A stretch of 64,000 nt of DNA from assembly GCA_043228905.1 (NCBI GenBank), contig JBHGNT010000014.1:19716001-19780000 (forward strand). Reading direction: 5' to 3'. The first letter of the stretch is position 1. Every line of letters begins with the position of its first letter. Under the pieces are notes generated by a model. That model saw only the letters and a program-made list of their open reading frames with translations. It had not been told where the DNA came from and did no database searches. Both the position numbers and the translations under genes were made by a program. This DNA comes from Azolla caroliniana. Taxonomy: Eukaryota; Plantae; Polypodiophyta. This document shows positions 47,690 through 60,373 of the stretch, piece after piece.

Positions 47690-49390
47690 AGACTTGTATG
47701 TTGGACAAACCAATTTGGAAGTTCTTCCTATATGGGTTGACAGAATGTCTCCTTTTGGATAGGTGAACTTTGTGAAGGGACAACGATAGAAGCATTAGGT
47801 GGCTCATGAACCTATTTCTTTCTTATGGAAGTTGTTATGGTAAGATGACATGGGAATATTTCCTGAAAGAGAAGTTGAGGCTCTTGGAATAGTTGGTGCC
47901 ATCAAATAGAGATGAAGCAACTAGACTTGGAAGTGTAATGTCTTAAGCTAAGAAAGGAGAGATTCTTTCACATTATTTGGAGATCACGTATCATCCAAAG
48001 GAATGCAAGGGCAAATGATGGTTTTGTATACACAACAAAATGGAGTGGCGCATTGTTAGAATCAAACCATTGTGGAAATGGCTCAATATGTGCACAAGGG
48101 GGAAAGTTTACATGATTCTGTTTGTGTGAAGGCAATTGACAATGCAATGTAGATACTCGATAAAAGTTTCCCCAAACATCTAATTGCATGTGCCCTACAA
48201 ATGTAGGACAAAGTTGGACACCTTTAGTAAAAGACACATCTTCATCTAATACAACTTAGAGCTTAAGTCCAACCATTTTTATTTCTTCTTAGAAGGTAGA
48301 AAGCATTCATTAGGGCTGTAGATATGATGATTGCACACATAATCAAATAGAAAATCCAAGGCATTAGAAAGAAGATGTACTATTAGAAAATCCATCGGAA
48401 TCCTAGACAAAGGTGCAACATGTGCAAGAGAACCTAGTGTGCCTTGAACAACTCAACTAAGTGCAAGTTGATGGAATGTAATTTCCTTAGGGGGATGGTT
48501 TAGTCTATGACATTGGACTAATTTTGCAACTTGATGATAACATAGTAGATGTGAAAAAGATCCAGGATAATACAGAATGGTTACAATTAAAGTGTGCAAT
48601 GGATCAAATTGTCAATCTAACAATTATGGAAGTGATCCTTGAAAAATCAAGATCTCAAGGACCTAAGCTCTATGGTGGAGGTAATCAAGGATCCAAACTA
48701 GGGAAACGTTATCGAATCTTGACTTCGAAAACATTTTAGATAAACAAAGTTAGAAGTTAGTGGATTGGGATGAAGTGGCTCTTGGAAAAAAAACTATGTA
48801 TAAGATTGATGGGTGATTGGATAAATATAAGGCAAGATTAGTGGCAAAAGAGTATGTACAAAAGACGTGTGCTGATTTTAGGGAATCACATAATTTGACT
48901 TCAAGCTCGAAATTATCAGAGAAATCTTGGTAGTGTTTCTAGCTAGGAACTAATTTCTTGCATACAATATGGGATGTAAAGTTTGCATTTTTGCATGGTA
49001 TCTTAACAAGGAAGTATTTGTGGAGCAATCAACAAGCTTTGAACTACCCGATTCAAAAAGCAAGGCTTGAGGTTGCAAACATCTATATGTGGGTTGAATA
49101 GGCACCAAAGGCCTAATGCAAGTTAATGCGAAAGTTGAAGCCTGAGTTCAAGATGATGGATCTAAGTTTATTGCACTTCTATTTGGGTCTAGAGATATAT
49201 GAAAAGGATAGGGATGTTTGTCACTCAAGTATGCATGTTTAATTTTCAAAACATTGGGGATGGAGGGCTTAAAGTTGGTTTCCACATTTGTGGAGGTAAC
49301 AAAAAGGCTACCCAAGATTGAACCTTCAAATATATATAAGTGGAGCTTGATTTTCCTTTCCTACGAGAGATTTCTCACAAAAGGACATAG
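47690..49390 (+). mobile_element. Heavily degenerated Copia IN/RT remnant
   Basis: caacaaaatggagtggcg (QQNGVA, ~48033), gataaatataaggcaagattagtggcaaaa (DKYKARLVAK, ~48820), gatgtaaagtttgcatttttgcatggt (DVKFAFLHG, ~48973). Boundaries approximate. Confidence 0.7.
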
Positions 49391-51652
49391 TCTTTTTTTT
49401 TTCAAAAACAATTACTACTTCCATTAGTTAAGTCAATGTACATAGGATAATATACAACAACTCATATCTTACAGGCCAACTTGCATGGCTACAAAGAGAC
49501 CAGGATGTACAAAGGAATCAACAAAAAATAAGCAAATAATCACCACATCAAGAGGGGCGAATAGAGGAGGATGAGCAACCTTCCCTTGCGCGATCTGGAT
49601 TAGAACAACATGCATCCGATGAGCACAGTATTACTCGACTGCATACCCTCAACGTGAGCCTCATACAACCCTAATTCAAGATAGAAATCCTCCAATCTCC
49701 TCATGTGGCAGCACCCACCTATTTGCGATGTTTGGTACCCTCGAAGGGAACAACCACCGTGGTGGCTGATAAATCCACTCTTCATTGCCATCCACCATCT
49801 GCAATTTCAGAGGACCTCTCCATTTCAGGAGGAAACGGCCTCTAGCTTCTTCACTCGTGTCTGACGTCCCCTGAATACTTTCAAACTCTCTTTGTAACAT
49901 AGAAATAAGATTAAACTAGATCATCATTAAACTCTCAGCCGATGGGGTTTGCTCCGTGAAAGTCTCCTTGTATCTAGATACCCACACTTGCCAAACTGTA
50001 AGGCCGACCACTAATAACCAAATGTCCAGGTATCGTTCATGTATGTAGAAAGAACCCCCCCCCCCTCCTGTGATGAAGGTTACATAGTTCCATGCACCAC
50101 CATTAAAGGACTATTTCCATTCCACACATGGAACCACATAGCCAATTCAGTAGCACTAGATAGTTGCTACACTCAATACATGAACATTAACCTCACACCG
50201 AGCCAAGATTCTTAAGCTCCTCATCCAAACTTCTTCAGCGTGCGGGCACAAACAATGTGCGATGTCCTCCAAACTCGCTCTGCAAGCCTTGTGATTGCTC
50301 ATGCCACCCTTTTTCACAAGCCTCTCTCCAGTTGGAACAACCCAATGGGTGATTAACCAAAAAATTACTTTGAGCTTGTCGGGGAGGGATGAGTTCCATA
50401 TCTTGCTCCTAGTTCTATCCACGAAGACTGAATTGACAACTACATGGGCCCATTTGTTGGTGCACTTCTCATATTGCAAGCATAACTTTCTCCCCAAGCG
50501 CGTCAAGTACTCGAAGAAACCTATTGATTTATCTTGTTCTCCCCTGCACTTATATTGTGTAGGATCCCATTCTAAACACTCAAGCGGCTTGCCTCCAACC
50601 ATGTACAAGATTCAGTCCTCCTCAACCTCATCAACTGGTGGATTCACCTTCCATTTCTAGTTGTCTCGTGCCACAATTCTAATCGGGGACCAACTTGCAC
50701 TTTCATCAGTTCATCCCAACTGGATGATCTTCCCATTCTTTCCTAGACCCTTGGCGTTGATAATATTTACCTTGTCATCACATTGTCCGGACCTTCACCC
50801 TCTTCCCCATTGCTAATAGGAACAAAGTATATTGTTGTATTGATTGACAAGTTGACAAGCATCTTCTTCTCGTTCCTGAACTTTCCCAAATCTTCATATA
50901 ATTTATCACGATTATTGGCGGACAACCACATCCAATCCGCCACTGAATGAATCCAAGCACAATACAACCTAGCCCACGACATACCCCTCCTCTATCCAAG
51001 CATCTCTCCCTCCATCGATTTAAGGTCTTGTTCCTCAATAGGGTTTCAGGGGCATCCATTCAGCATTAGTACTTGGACCTATCCGACTTAGATGCCCAAG
51101 GAGCATACTCCAGCCTTCATCACTAACATACATTTGCGATCAGCCAACTGTTTAAATTTCCTAAGCTTTAAGTCCATACAAAATGGCCATGATTTGTGTG
51201 GCTTCCAATTCCAACCAAGTCATGGACTCAGAGGATGCTCCTATTATGAATCAACGTTTTCCATAACTCATTTCCGGGCAGCAAGGTCTGTACCAATACC
51301 TTGCATAGCAATGACTGACTCTGCAATCCAGGGTCAATCAATCCTAAACCTCCCTTACTTTTTTGGGAAGAATCAACGTATACCATGATACTTTAGTTGC
51401 TGCGTTGTCTTTCATGTTCCCGACCCATAGGAACCCTCCTGATACACACTTTAACTATACAAATAGCATGTTTGTTAAACATCCACACTGAGACCACATG
51501 CCATAGCGTAGACAAGAGCGCACGGTTAGCTACTATGATCTTGCCAACAAATGATAAATTCACCCCTAACCATATGCGAATTTTGTCACAAATTTTACTT
51601 TGAGTTTGTTTCAGTTGTATTCCTTTGTCGATATCTACATCAATCCACGTTC

Positions 51653-52063
51653 TGATAACTAGTGGCTTCCCCTTTTGCAATCCATCTGAATTCAACATTT
51701 GGTTTTTGTAAACGATTACTTGCGGAAGCGTTAGAAAACAAAGAAAGCAGGGAATACACATAGTACACGGGAGAGACAGAGAGAGCAGAACATAAAAGCT
51801 ATATTCAAAACAATATAGACACTCTGTGTTTACAACTGTGCTCAGTAGCACTATTTATACAAGTCCTCGTGGGAATGACAGAAGTACCGCGTACTTCAAT
51901 GCTCACACGAGCATCTGACACTTACTACGAGACTATAACTAACTAGTAGTCTAAACTAATACTAGGCTTCCGGTTACCGATTGGATCCGGCTAACCGGCT
52001 CCCCAGCTCACCGGCTCTGGCTTATCCAGCCAATCCAGCTCCAATTGAGCTTGCCGCTCAACA
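51653..52063 (-). mobile_element. Probable solo LTR (411 bp) inside the L1 RT region
   Basis: TG...CA ends, TATAAATA on - at ~51855, and it interrupts L1 coding homology. Flanks cgttc and gtttc form only an imperfect TSD. Confidence 0.55.
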
Positions 52064-52603
52064 GTTTCCATACCAGCTCTGCCTCTGAACTAATCCAGAA
52101 GCTTCTAGACATATTCCAGTTGATGGAGACTCCCAATGCTTTGCAAAAGTAATCATTAGCAACCTGTGCCCTCTCAAGATTCGCTTCATTACCTTGGAGG
52201 TACAACATTGTTTCATCCGCGAACTTTGAGTCTAGCAGGGATTTCCTTGAGTTAAGGATCGAATGACCATGTAAATTTGCCACTTGACAATTCAAAAAGG
52301 CAGATATTGCTTCAGTAATAAAGAGGAACAGAAAGGGGGCGAGAGGATAGCCTTGCCTAATGAATCTAGTTAGAGAGATTCTAGCTCCTTTCCTCCTTGC
52401 AATCAACACCTTACTCGAGCCATTTCTATATAAGGCTTGAGCAGCACACATCCATTCCCATGGTAGCTCAATGACTTTCATTACTTCTTCAAGGAACGAC
52501 CATTGCACTCAATCATAGGCTTTGTCGAAGTTGAGCATCAGACAAGCTAAGTTCTGCTTGGTCTCCCTCGCCGTCGCAATAACCTCCTAGAACAATATCA
52601 CGT

Positions 52604-54301
52604 TGTCGCGTTGTTACGCGCGTGAGTGGAGAAAGGCGGGACCACGGGGGTCTTGGACTAGGGAGCGATGGAGCGTAGGAAGTCGTGCTTCACCGTTTCC
52701 GGGGCATCCCAGAAGCACACCGGAAGCAACCGAAGGGAGAGAGAGAGAGAGCGCGCACTTAACACCGACTCACGCACACACACAGGCCAACCCGACTCAC
52801 AACCTTAAGTACAGGAAACGCAGGAAAGGGGAAGCACCCGACACCAACGAAGACGCGAATATACACAAACAAACGCAAATGTATATATATATATATATAT
52901 AAACAGAAGAATACATTCCCGGCGTCGAGCCGTTCCAAGGTAGGTTACATTAGTCGTCAGCTGCCAAGCCGCCGTCGGGGAGCTCACGGGCTCGTCGCAC
53001 CGAGCGGGGTCTTGCACAGGAGAGGAGCTGCAGCAAACCCTAAGCGAACATGAAGAAGAAGAAGAAGAAGAAACTAACTCTAAACCTAACAGTATACCCT
53101 CTAATGCAAAATGGGCAACCCCTTTCACAAAGGGCGTTCCCTTCCTTTTATAGAACAAGGAGAGGGATGCGTTACAATGTGGGATAAATCCCGACTTACA
53201 TGGGATCGTCTGTCCCGACTTGATTACTCTTCGGCGCCATAAAGGCGCCCTCGATATTCACACTAAATGTACACGGGTGCGTACATACGCTGCACCCCGC
53301 TGATGTAGCCAATGTTTCCTGGTTTCCGCCTATGGCCGAAATTCTTCACGACATCCGCCCCCACCTAACTGCACGTCCACCGGTACGTGCCAAATCTGGT
53401 TGAAGGGTGAGAGATTTCGGCCGGTGAAAAAACCGATCTTCCGTGATCCGCATCCCGGCTCGCTGCTGGTTTGATCCGTCGGCTTCGAATCTTCCTTCGC
53501 GCTTACCTCCCCGTAGGCTCGTTCGACCCGTCGATGGGTCCTCTGCCGCGATCTCCGTAGTACGTGTACTTCCGTTGGCCCTTGTTCGGCCGTATGAACG
53601 CCCTGCTTCCCATCGTATGCTCGATGTCCTCCGCTTGAGGCATGCTCGTAGTGGCCCGCTTGGCCTCCGTTGTCCAATGATGATGTCCCGATGGTCGTCC
53701 CATGTTGTTTCGCGTTGCCCTCGTCCTCTCGCCGCCACCGTCCTTCTCCATGGTCTTACATCGCCGCGTCAGCTCGAACCGCCATGGTCTCCGGAACGGT
53801 GTGGAGGATCCCTTTCCGGCCTTCTCCGCGCTACCTCCGAACCGCGCAACCTATCTCCGCGCTCGCCTTTCCGCTCTAGCACCTCCGTGTGCCACATACC
53901 CTCGTCTGCTGCCAAGCCGCCATCGGGGAGCTCACGGGCTCGTCGCGCCGAGCGGGGTCTTGCACAGGAGAGGAGCTGCAGCAAACCCTAAGCGAACATG
54001 AAGAAGAAGAAGAAGAAGAAACTAACTCTAAACCTAACGGTATACCCTCTAATGCAAAATGGGCAACCCCTTTCACAAAGGGCGTTCCCTTCCTTTTATA
54101 AAACAAGGAGAGGGATGCGTTACAATGTGGGATAAATCCCGACTTACATGGGATCGTCTGTCCCGACTTGATTACTCTTCGGCGCCATAAAGGCGCCCTC
54201 GATATTCACACTAAATGTACATGGGTGCGTACACACGCTACACCCCACCGATGTAGCCAATGTTTCCCGGTTTCCGCCTCTAGCCGAAATTCTTCACGAC
54301 A
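52604..54301 (-). mobile_element. Internally deleted LTR element (1698 bp): full LTR 52604-53352, partial LTR 53907-54301, 4-bp TSD
   Basis: Termini TGTCGCG...CACGACA. TSD ACGT at 52600-52603 and 54302-54305; removing the element restores L1 DIMDNVILF. ~393-bp direct repeats at 52960-53352 and 53907-54301. PPT-like ggtgggggcgga on - abuts 53352. Confidence 0.85.
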
Positions 54302-57141
54302 ACGTTGTCCATAATATCTTGTTTAGCCCCGGTACAATCTCTTCCTTCTCTATGGCCTTTGACAACTAAGTTTTGGCTACCTCTCCAATCCTAGTCTTCA
54401 GGCATGCGACTACATCATGCATCAGATTAATCAGTGGGGCTTCTATCAACATTGGAGCTAAAAGGTCTCTGTAATAATTAGTTGCCATTTGTAGGATTTC
54501 ATCTTGATTAGTTGCGGCCATCGAATCATCCTCCCGCTTGAGACTTTGAATATGCATCCCCCTCAGTTTCGGAGCCTTGGTAAGAAAAAACTCCATGATA
54601 ACTTTATCGCCCTTGATAACTCACCATGCTACCGACTTTCTGAAGAGGAATTGCTCACGTTGTTGCCTAATCTCCTATTGCATCACCTTTGTGACCTCTT
54701 GCAGTCTGTCTTTTGCCCAAGAACAATATGGGCCCACCTGCATAAGCTTTTGAGTTGAGATGATTGCCTTCCTCGGGCGTTGCAGCCGGTATTGACACCT
54801 TACCAGCTCCTCCCTAACCGCGTTCTGAAGAACATATGAAGAATTAATAATCTTTTCCTCGAGTACTTGTATTATTATGGAGCACCTCAATGGATGAGGT
54901 TAGAATCAAGGCAAATATCTATCACAAAGAGGAAAAAAAGGAATATATGGTGTACTAACATCCACTTCTATGAAGCAATTCCCTCACTTTGAAAAGGAGC
55001 CTCTCATGCTCTTTCTATCTATGTTAGAGGGATGTTAACCTTCGTTGAAAAAGGTGCTTATATGTTGTGAATTTCTTGCACTTGATGATGAACACACAAA
55101 AGAAATGTCAATTCACACATAATACCTTTAGATTCAACATTAAATTTATGAACCTCTAGTTACTCTTTTCAATTTGACATCATTATTATATCTAGCTTTA
55201 AATCTCTTTCTAAACCAATGTCTTCAGAGTACTAGAATAAATCCCAAGCACTCATCGTCTTTGTAGTGTCTTAATTCTTGACTAGAAATCAACATCTTTA
55301 GAGAAACTTGAATTCAAGAAATAACATCAATAAGTACAACAATCTACGTCAATGGTAGGCTATTTATTTATATACCTACCTTGTAGCATTAACTTTTAGA
55401 GTCAAGAAAAGTTGGTATGTGAGTGGGGTTACTATGGCACTACACCGACCTTTTTATTGACCAATGAAATATGACCATTGTGGGAATGGAATCCTCATGC
55501 CCAACACATCCCTATTGATGGGCATCTTTTAGGGCTTCCCCTACATTTGTATTGACAAGACACTTTTTTCCCTTCTCCCAAACCTAAGAGCTTTGCTTTT
55601 CACTTATATAATCTTAATTCTCTCTAGGTTTTTTATACATATATACTTCTCAAGCATTCCAATTTATTAATGTTTCCAATGGAGAATGTTTTGGGATATA
55701 CAGTTATGTCTTTATGTTTGAATATGATGATGGTGGCAATTGAGCACTTGTAGTTTATGGAGAAAGATCATGGGGGATAGAGTGATTGTTGAACTCTCAA
55801 GCCATGCAACAAATTGATTTCAAGCTCTTCATTTTTCTTTATTGGAACTTCACTAAACTCAAAGTACTCCACGGTATAGCTTCAAAGTTTCAAATTAAGC
55901 CCTATCAACCATGCCACAATAGATGAAGCACGAAGAACATATTGGACTTGCTTAAAAATTGTCATTCTTTAGGATTATATAGCTTTCCCTTCATGTGTTC
56001 TTAGAGATAGTCATACATGAACACCCTAAATCCATCAAATGTGGGGAATCCTCTATTGGGGAGAAAACACATTTGAGTGACGCACCCATAACACATATCT
56101 ACATATTATTGACCATCTTTGTCCGCATTGCTTGTTGAACCTCTAGAATGTGTGAGAGTATCTAGCGTTGTATAAGCTATTTATTTTACTACTATTAACG
56201 TCAAAACATGTACCCTCATGTTCACCCACGTGAGAGTGTCTCTTACATGGGTGAAGATAATTACCCATTCTTAACTATGGCAAGCCTTAATCATTGTCTT
56301 CTTTATGATAAATGTTTGTGTCTATAACAAATGGAATGTCAAAGGTGCATAGTGCAAAGTGAATTTGTAGCTGAGAAAATGTTACCTTATTTTCTACTTT
56401 CTAGAAGGACCACACTTTAAGGAAGAAACAAATGGCACATGCTAGCTACCAATGATCATCATGTACCATATATGTTACACTCTCCCAACTCCACGTGTGA
56501 TAAATTGATAAACCCACATGTAAGTGTGAGTGTCAGGCCAAATGTGGGCTTGCGTCAATCAATCATATGCATGTGGCAGACAATATATATATATATATCA
56601 TGTACTACTTTAAATTGATATCAACACTTACAAATAACCAAGGATAGCACTAGGCTTTATGTGATTGATATAAGTGGAGTGGTGTATTATAATAGACTTT
56701 ATGGAGCCCCCAACAAACTCTATGCATGATTTTGCCTTACCCACTACCTTTGTTTACATTAATGTTATACCGACTACCTTTTTTTACATTAATGCTAGCA
56801 TCCAAAATCATCGGAATTTGGGGTGGGAGGAGGTGACTATATACCAAATACTCACATGTCAAGTGAAGCATATACATATATATGTATTCACAAGACTATG
56901 TCTTCCAATTGTTTACAAACTTTTTGGTTCAATGATAAACATTTGAAGGGGTCCCAAAAGTATTGCAACACAATCCTACTACTAGTGGCAGCCATCCAAT
57001 TCAATAAAGCTACCAATTCAATAAAGCTATACATATCCCCATTTCTTATTAGTTAAGTTCACCTATGATGAGTCCATAATCAGCACCCATCTAGTTAAAT
57101 ATCTAGCTATTAATACGGTATTAGCCCGAGAAGCTTATAAC

Positions 57142-59964
57142 ATGACGAGCAATGTAGTCGAAACATATATCCCTTCTACAAAGCCTACTAAGGTCCATGG
57201 AATCGATGTTATTGCGAATCTAGAACTAGGCAGCCATCGTAACCAATCATTACAATGCAACAAGAATTATCCCGACCAAGAAAACGATTCGGACCAATCA
57301 TTATGCGAGGCGGTCGATTGGAGAGGACGGCCAGCCACGACAAAGCATGGCGGACACAAGACCTCTTTCTTCATTCTCGGTGGGTAAATTTACATTGACG
57401 ATGTCCAAAACTTATATTCTTTCATAATTGGTGATTAGGGCTCACATAACTAAATATTTACTAATTTCACGTAAGTTATCCCATTTTAACTGTTTTTTAT
57501 TGGATTACAATTTACAAGTACTAAGGGAGTTCAGCTAGCCATTAACTCATTAATAGTTGTTTCTTAATTGTTGTTGTTGGGCTCTAGTGAATCAAGGGCT
57601 TTGGAATGTGGCCTTCTTTGCGGTGACCACGAGTTTGGTGTTGTACTTCCGGCGAGCCCTCCAGATGAGCAATGCCGAGGCGGCCAACAATGTCACCAAT
57701 TGGCTCGGCACCACATGGCTCCTTACCTTACTTGGCGGATTTTTGGGCGATTCATACATAGGCCGATTTTGGACTTGCGTCCTCTTTCAAGCAATACATG
57801 CCGTGGTGAGTAATAATCTATGATGATTTGGAAATCGAAGCCTGGTTTCCATTCTAAAGTGCCGACTTACCTAGCTAGGGCTAAGGATGTCATCATCCCA
57901 AATAGAGGGCTCTTTCCCGACAATACACAAGCTCCCACAACTTCCCATCGTGTTTCCCAACGATGTTCGAGGTTATGCATCTCTATTTCCACACCTAGAT
58001 TGCTAGCTATGTGGAGCCATGGGAGGTGAGGAATGAATGCTGCTAGGTTTTGATCATCCTCATGGTGTGCATTGAAGCCCCTTGTGAGACTAAACTACAT
58101 AATATGTCCAAGACCTCTCTCTCTCTCTTTTGATAGCCATGGTATACTAATAGACCACAACTTCCTTGACCTATCATTGTGTTCATATGTAAGGAATGCT
58201 AATCATCCTCATGGTGTGCATTGAAGCCCCTTGTGAGACTAAACTACATAATATGTCCAAGACATCTCTCTCTCTCTCTTTTGATAGCCATGGTATACTA
58301 ATAGACCACAACTTCCTTGACCTATCATTGTGTTTATTGATCGCCATGTCATTGATGCCGATGAAACTAACCGCCCCCTCCCCGATAGGGTCTTATCATG
58401 TTGGGTATCTGCGTGAGCGTGGACGCATTGAATCCTGAAGCGAAACCCGACAGACCTCCGAAGGCTCTCGGGACATCTTTGTTCTTCGTGTCGATTTATG
58501 TGATCGCGTTGGGCACGGGGGGCTACCTTCCGGCATTCCAAGCGCTCGGGGCCGACCAATTCGACACGGAGGCGGAGAAGACGTCGTTCTTCAGTTGGCT
58601 CTTCTTCTTCACGAACATCGGGTCGGTCGTGGCGAACACGGTGCTAGTGTACATCGAGAACGAGGGCGAGTGGGCGCTAGGCTATTGGCTGGCGACGGGG
58701 TCGGGGGTGATGGCATTCCTCGTGTTCGGGCTGGGGGTGGGGACATATAGGCAGTTCCGTCCGGGCGGGAATGCGTTCGTGCGGGTGGGCCAGGTCGTGG
58801 TGGGCATGTGTAGGAGGTGGCATGTACGGGTGCCGGACGATGCGGCGAAGCTACACGAGGCATCGGAGAGGGAGCTAATCCGGCAAGGCAGCCGGAAGAT
58901 GCCGCACACACCGAGGCTAAGGTGGTTTAGCAGCTCTTTTAGGGTTTTCTTGGTAAAACTGGTTAGGGTTTTTGTTTTTATTTATTGGCTAGGGAATTTT
59001 TTTGCAACAAACAAAGTAAGGAAGAAGAAACCAAGCCTAAAAGAGATGAAATTGCAGGTTCTTGGACAAGGCGGCGACGCCAGCGGAGGGGGTGGAGCAA
59101 GAAGAAAAAGAAGAAGAAGCATGGAAGCTTTGTAGCGTGACGCAGGTGGAGGAGGTGAAGTGCTTGGTGCGGATGGTGCCCATCTGGCTGGCGGCCATAC
59201 CTTTCGCCATCGTCTTCTCGCAGGTGAACACCCTGTTCATCGAGCAGGCGGCGGTGATGGACACGGATCTGGGCGGGGGCTTCCACATGCCGCCGGCGTC
59301 GATCAGCCTGGTCAACGTGCTCACCATCTTCGCCTGCACGGTGCTGTACCCGTGGACGGTGGTGCCCATGGCCAGGCTGGCCACGGGGAGGAAGGAAGGC
59401 CTGACCCACCTGCAGAGGCTAGGTCTTGGCATCGCCGCCACGGCCGCCGCCGTGGCTGTGGCGGCGCTGGTGGAGACCAAGCGCCTCTCGGAGGCCGCGT
59501 CCGGCCGCCGGATGGGCGTGATGTGGCTCGTCCCTCAGGAAGTGGTCTTGGGCGCCTCCCAAGTCTTCACCATCGTCGGCGCCATGGACTTCTTCTACCG
59601 CGAGGCCCCCCACTCGATGCGCGGCCTCGTGTCCGCCCTCTCCCTCGCCAACCTCGCCCTCGGTAGCTTCGGCAGCACCCTCCTCGTCTCCACGACCATG
59701 CACTTCTCCACTCGCGGCGGCCGCTCCCCCGGTTGGATCCCGCCCAACCTCGACGACGGCCACGTCGACTACTTCTATTGGCTCCTCTTCTGCATTACCG
59801 TAGCCGACGCCGCCTTCTTCTCCCTCGGTGCCATCTGGTACACGCGCCTCAGTACTCCTTCCCTTGTTCTGTCCGGGCAGCACCCCGAGGTCCTAAATGA
59901 ATCACCAAACGACCATCCGCCTGCCACGGGGGGCGGGGGAGGGGACCACCAAGGTCCTAAATGA
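57142..59964 (+). CDS. NPF7: NRT1/PTR family (NPF) transporter, NPF7 (NRT1.5/1.8-like) subfamily; exons 57142-57379, 57588-57805, 58389-58921, 59058-59964 (631 aa)
   Basis: VDWRGRPA..GG..FIL|VNQGLWNVAFFAV..AANNVTNWLGT..GGFLGDSYIGRF; IALGTGGY.PAFQALGADQFD..SFFSWLFF; R|FLDKAA..WKLCSVTQVEEVK; LTHLQRLGLG; WIPPNLDDGHVDYFYWLL. GT-AG junctions are phase-compatible, 1896 nt in total. NQGL in place of ExxER/K is typical of NPF7. Confidence 0.93.
58055..58335. repeat. ~130-bp tandem duplication in NPF intron 2
   Basis: tcatcctcatggtgtgcattgaagcccc...ccttgacctatcattgtgtt at ~58055 and ~58203. Confidence 0.9.
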
Positions 59965-60159
59965 TGCCAACACCACACACATGTATGAGTGATTGGTGAT
60001 GCAATGCTCTTTTTTCCACATCATTGGTCATATAGATATCAATCACACACCACTTGTTATAGCGCTCACACACACCTTCGAGCCCGCCACCACTAGGTTG
60101 AGTGTGGATTCTCGATGAATCAATAACATGCATTACATAGGTATTGATCACACTACATG

Positions 60160-60191
<32 letters not shown>

Positions 60192-60285
60192 TGTATGTAT
60201 GTATGTATTCGGGGGGAAAGAAGAAGAAGATGATGAGATGACGCAACACACTTACGTCACCGAAGTCTCTATGATGTCTTCGTGT

Positions 60286-60373
60286 AATGTATTCTATTGC
60301 AAGTATGGTCTCCTAATATGGAGACTCCGAATGTATTCTATTGCAAGTATGGTCTCCTAATATGGAGACTCCG
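60286..60373. repeat. 44-bp tandem duplication with an internal hairpin, just after an (ATGT)n microsatellite (60157-60207)
   Basis: aatgtattctattgcaagtatggtctcctaatatggagactccg twice; gtctcc/ggagac are inverted. Confidence 0.85.

Larger units (their letters stand above)
49393..54890 (-). mobile_element. Degenerate L1 (ORF2 linker, RT, zf-RVT, 3' UTR, poly-A) with two nested LTR-derived insertions
   Basis: QDEILQMATNYYRDL, DIMDNVILF (split by an insertion), LNFDKAYD, IRQGYPLAPFLF, KFADET, LSFVGKIIVAN, LEWDP..FFEY..LPDKLKVIFW, WIYQPPRWLFP (compare the 24-26 kb L1). Poly-T on + at 49393-49402. Confidence 0.88.

Noticed and set aside
53330-54106. Cluster of Arg-rich ORFs, including an ETTW suggestive of a chromodomain
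   Set aside because: GC-rich LTR/internal sequence; the other chromodomain residues (YLVKW and so on) are absent.
58609-59978. Alternative-frame and antisense ORFs over the NPF exons
   Set aside because: Shadow ORFs caused by high GC3.
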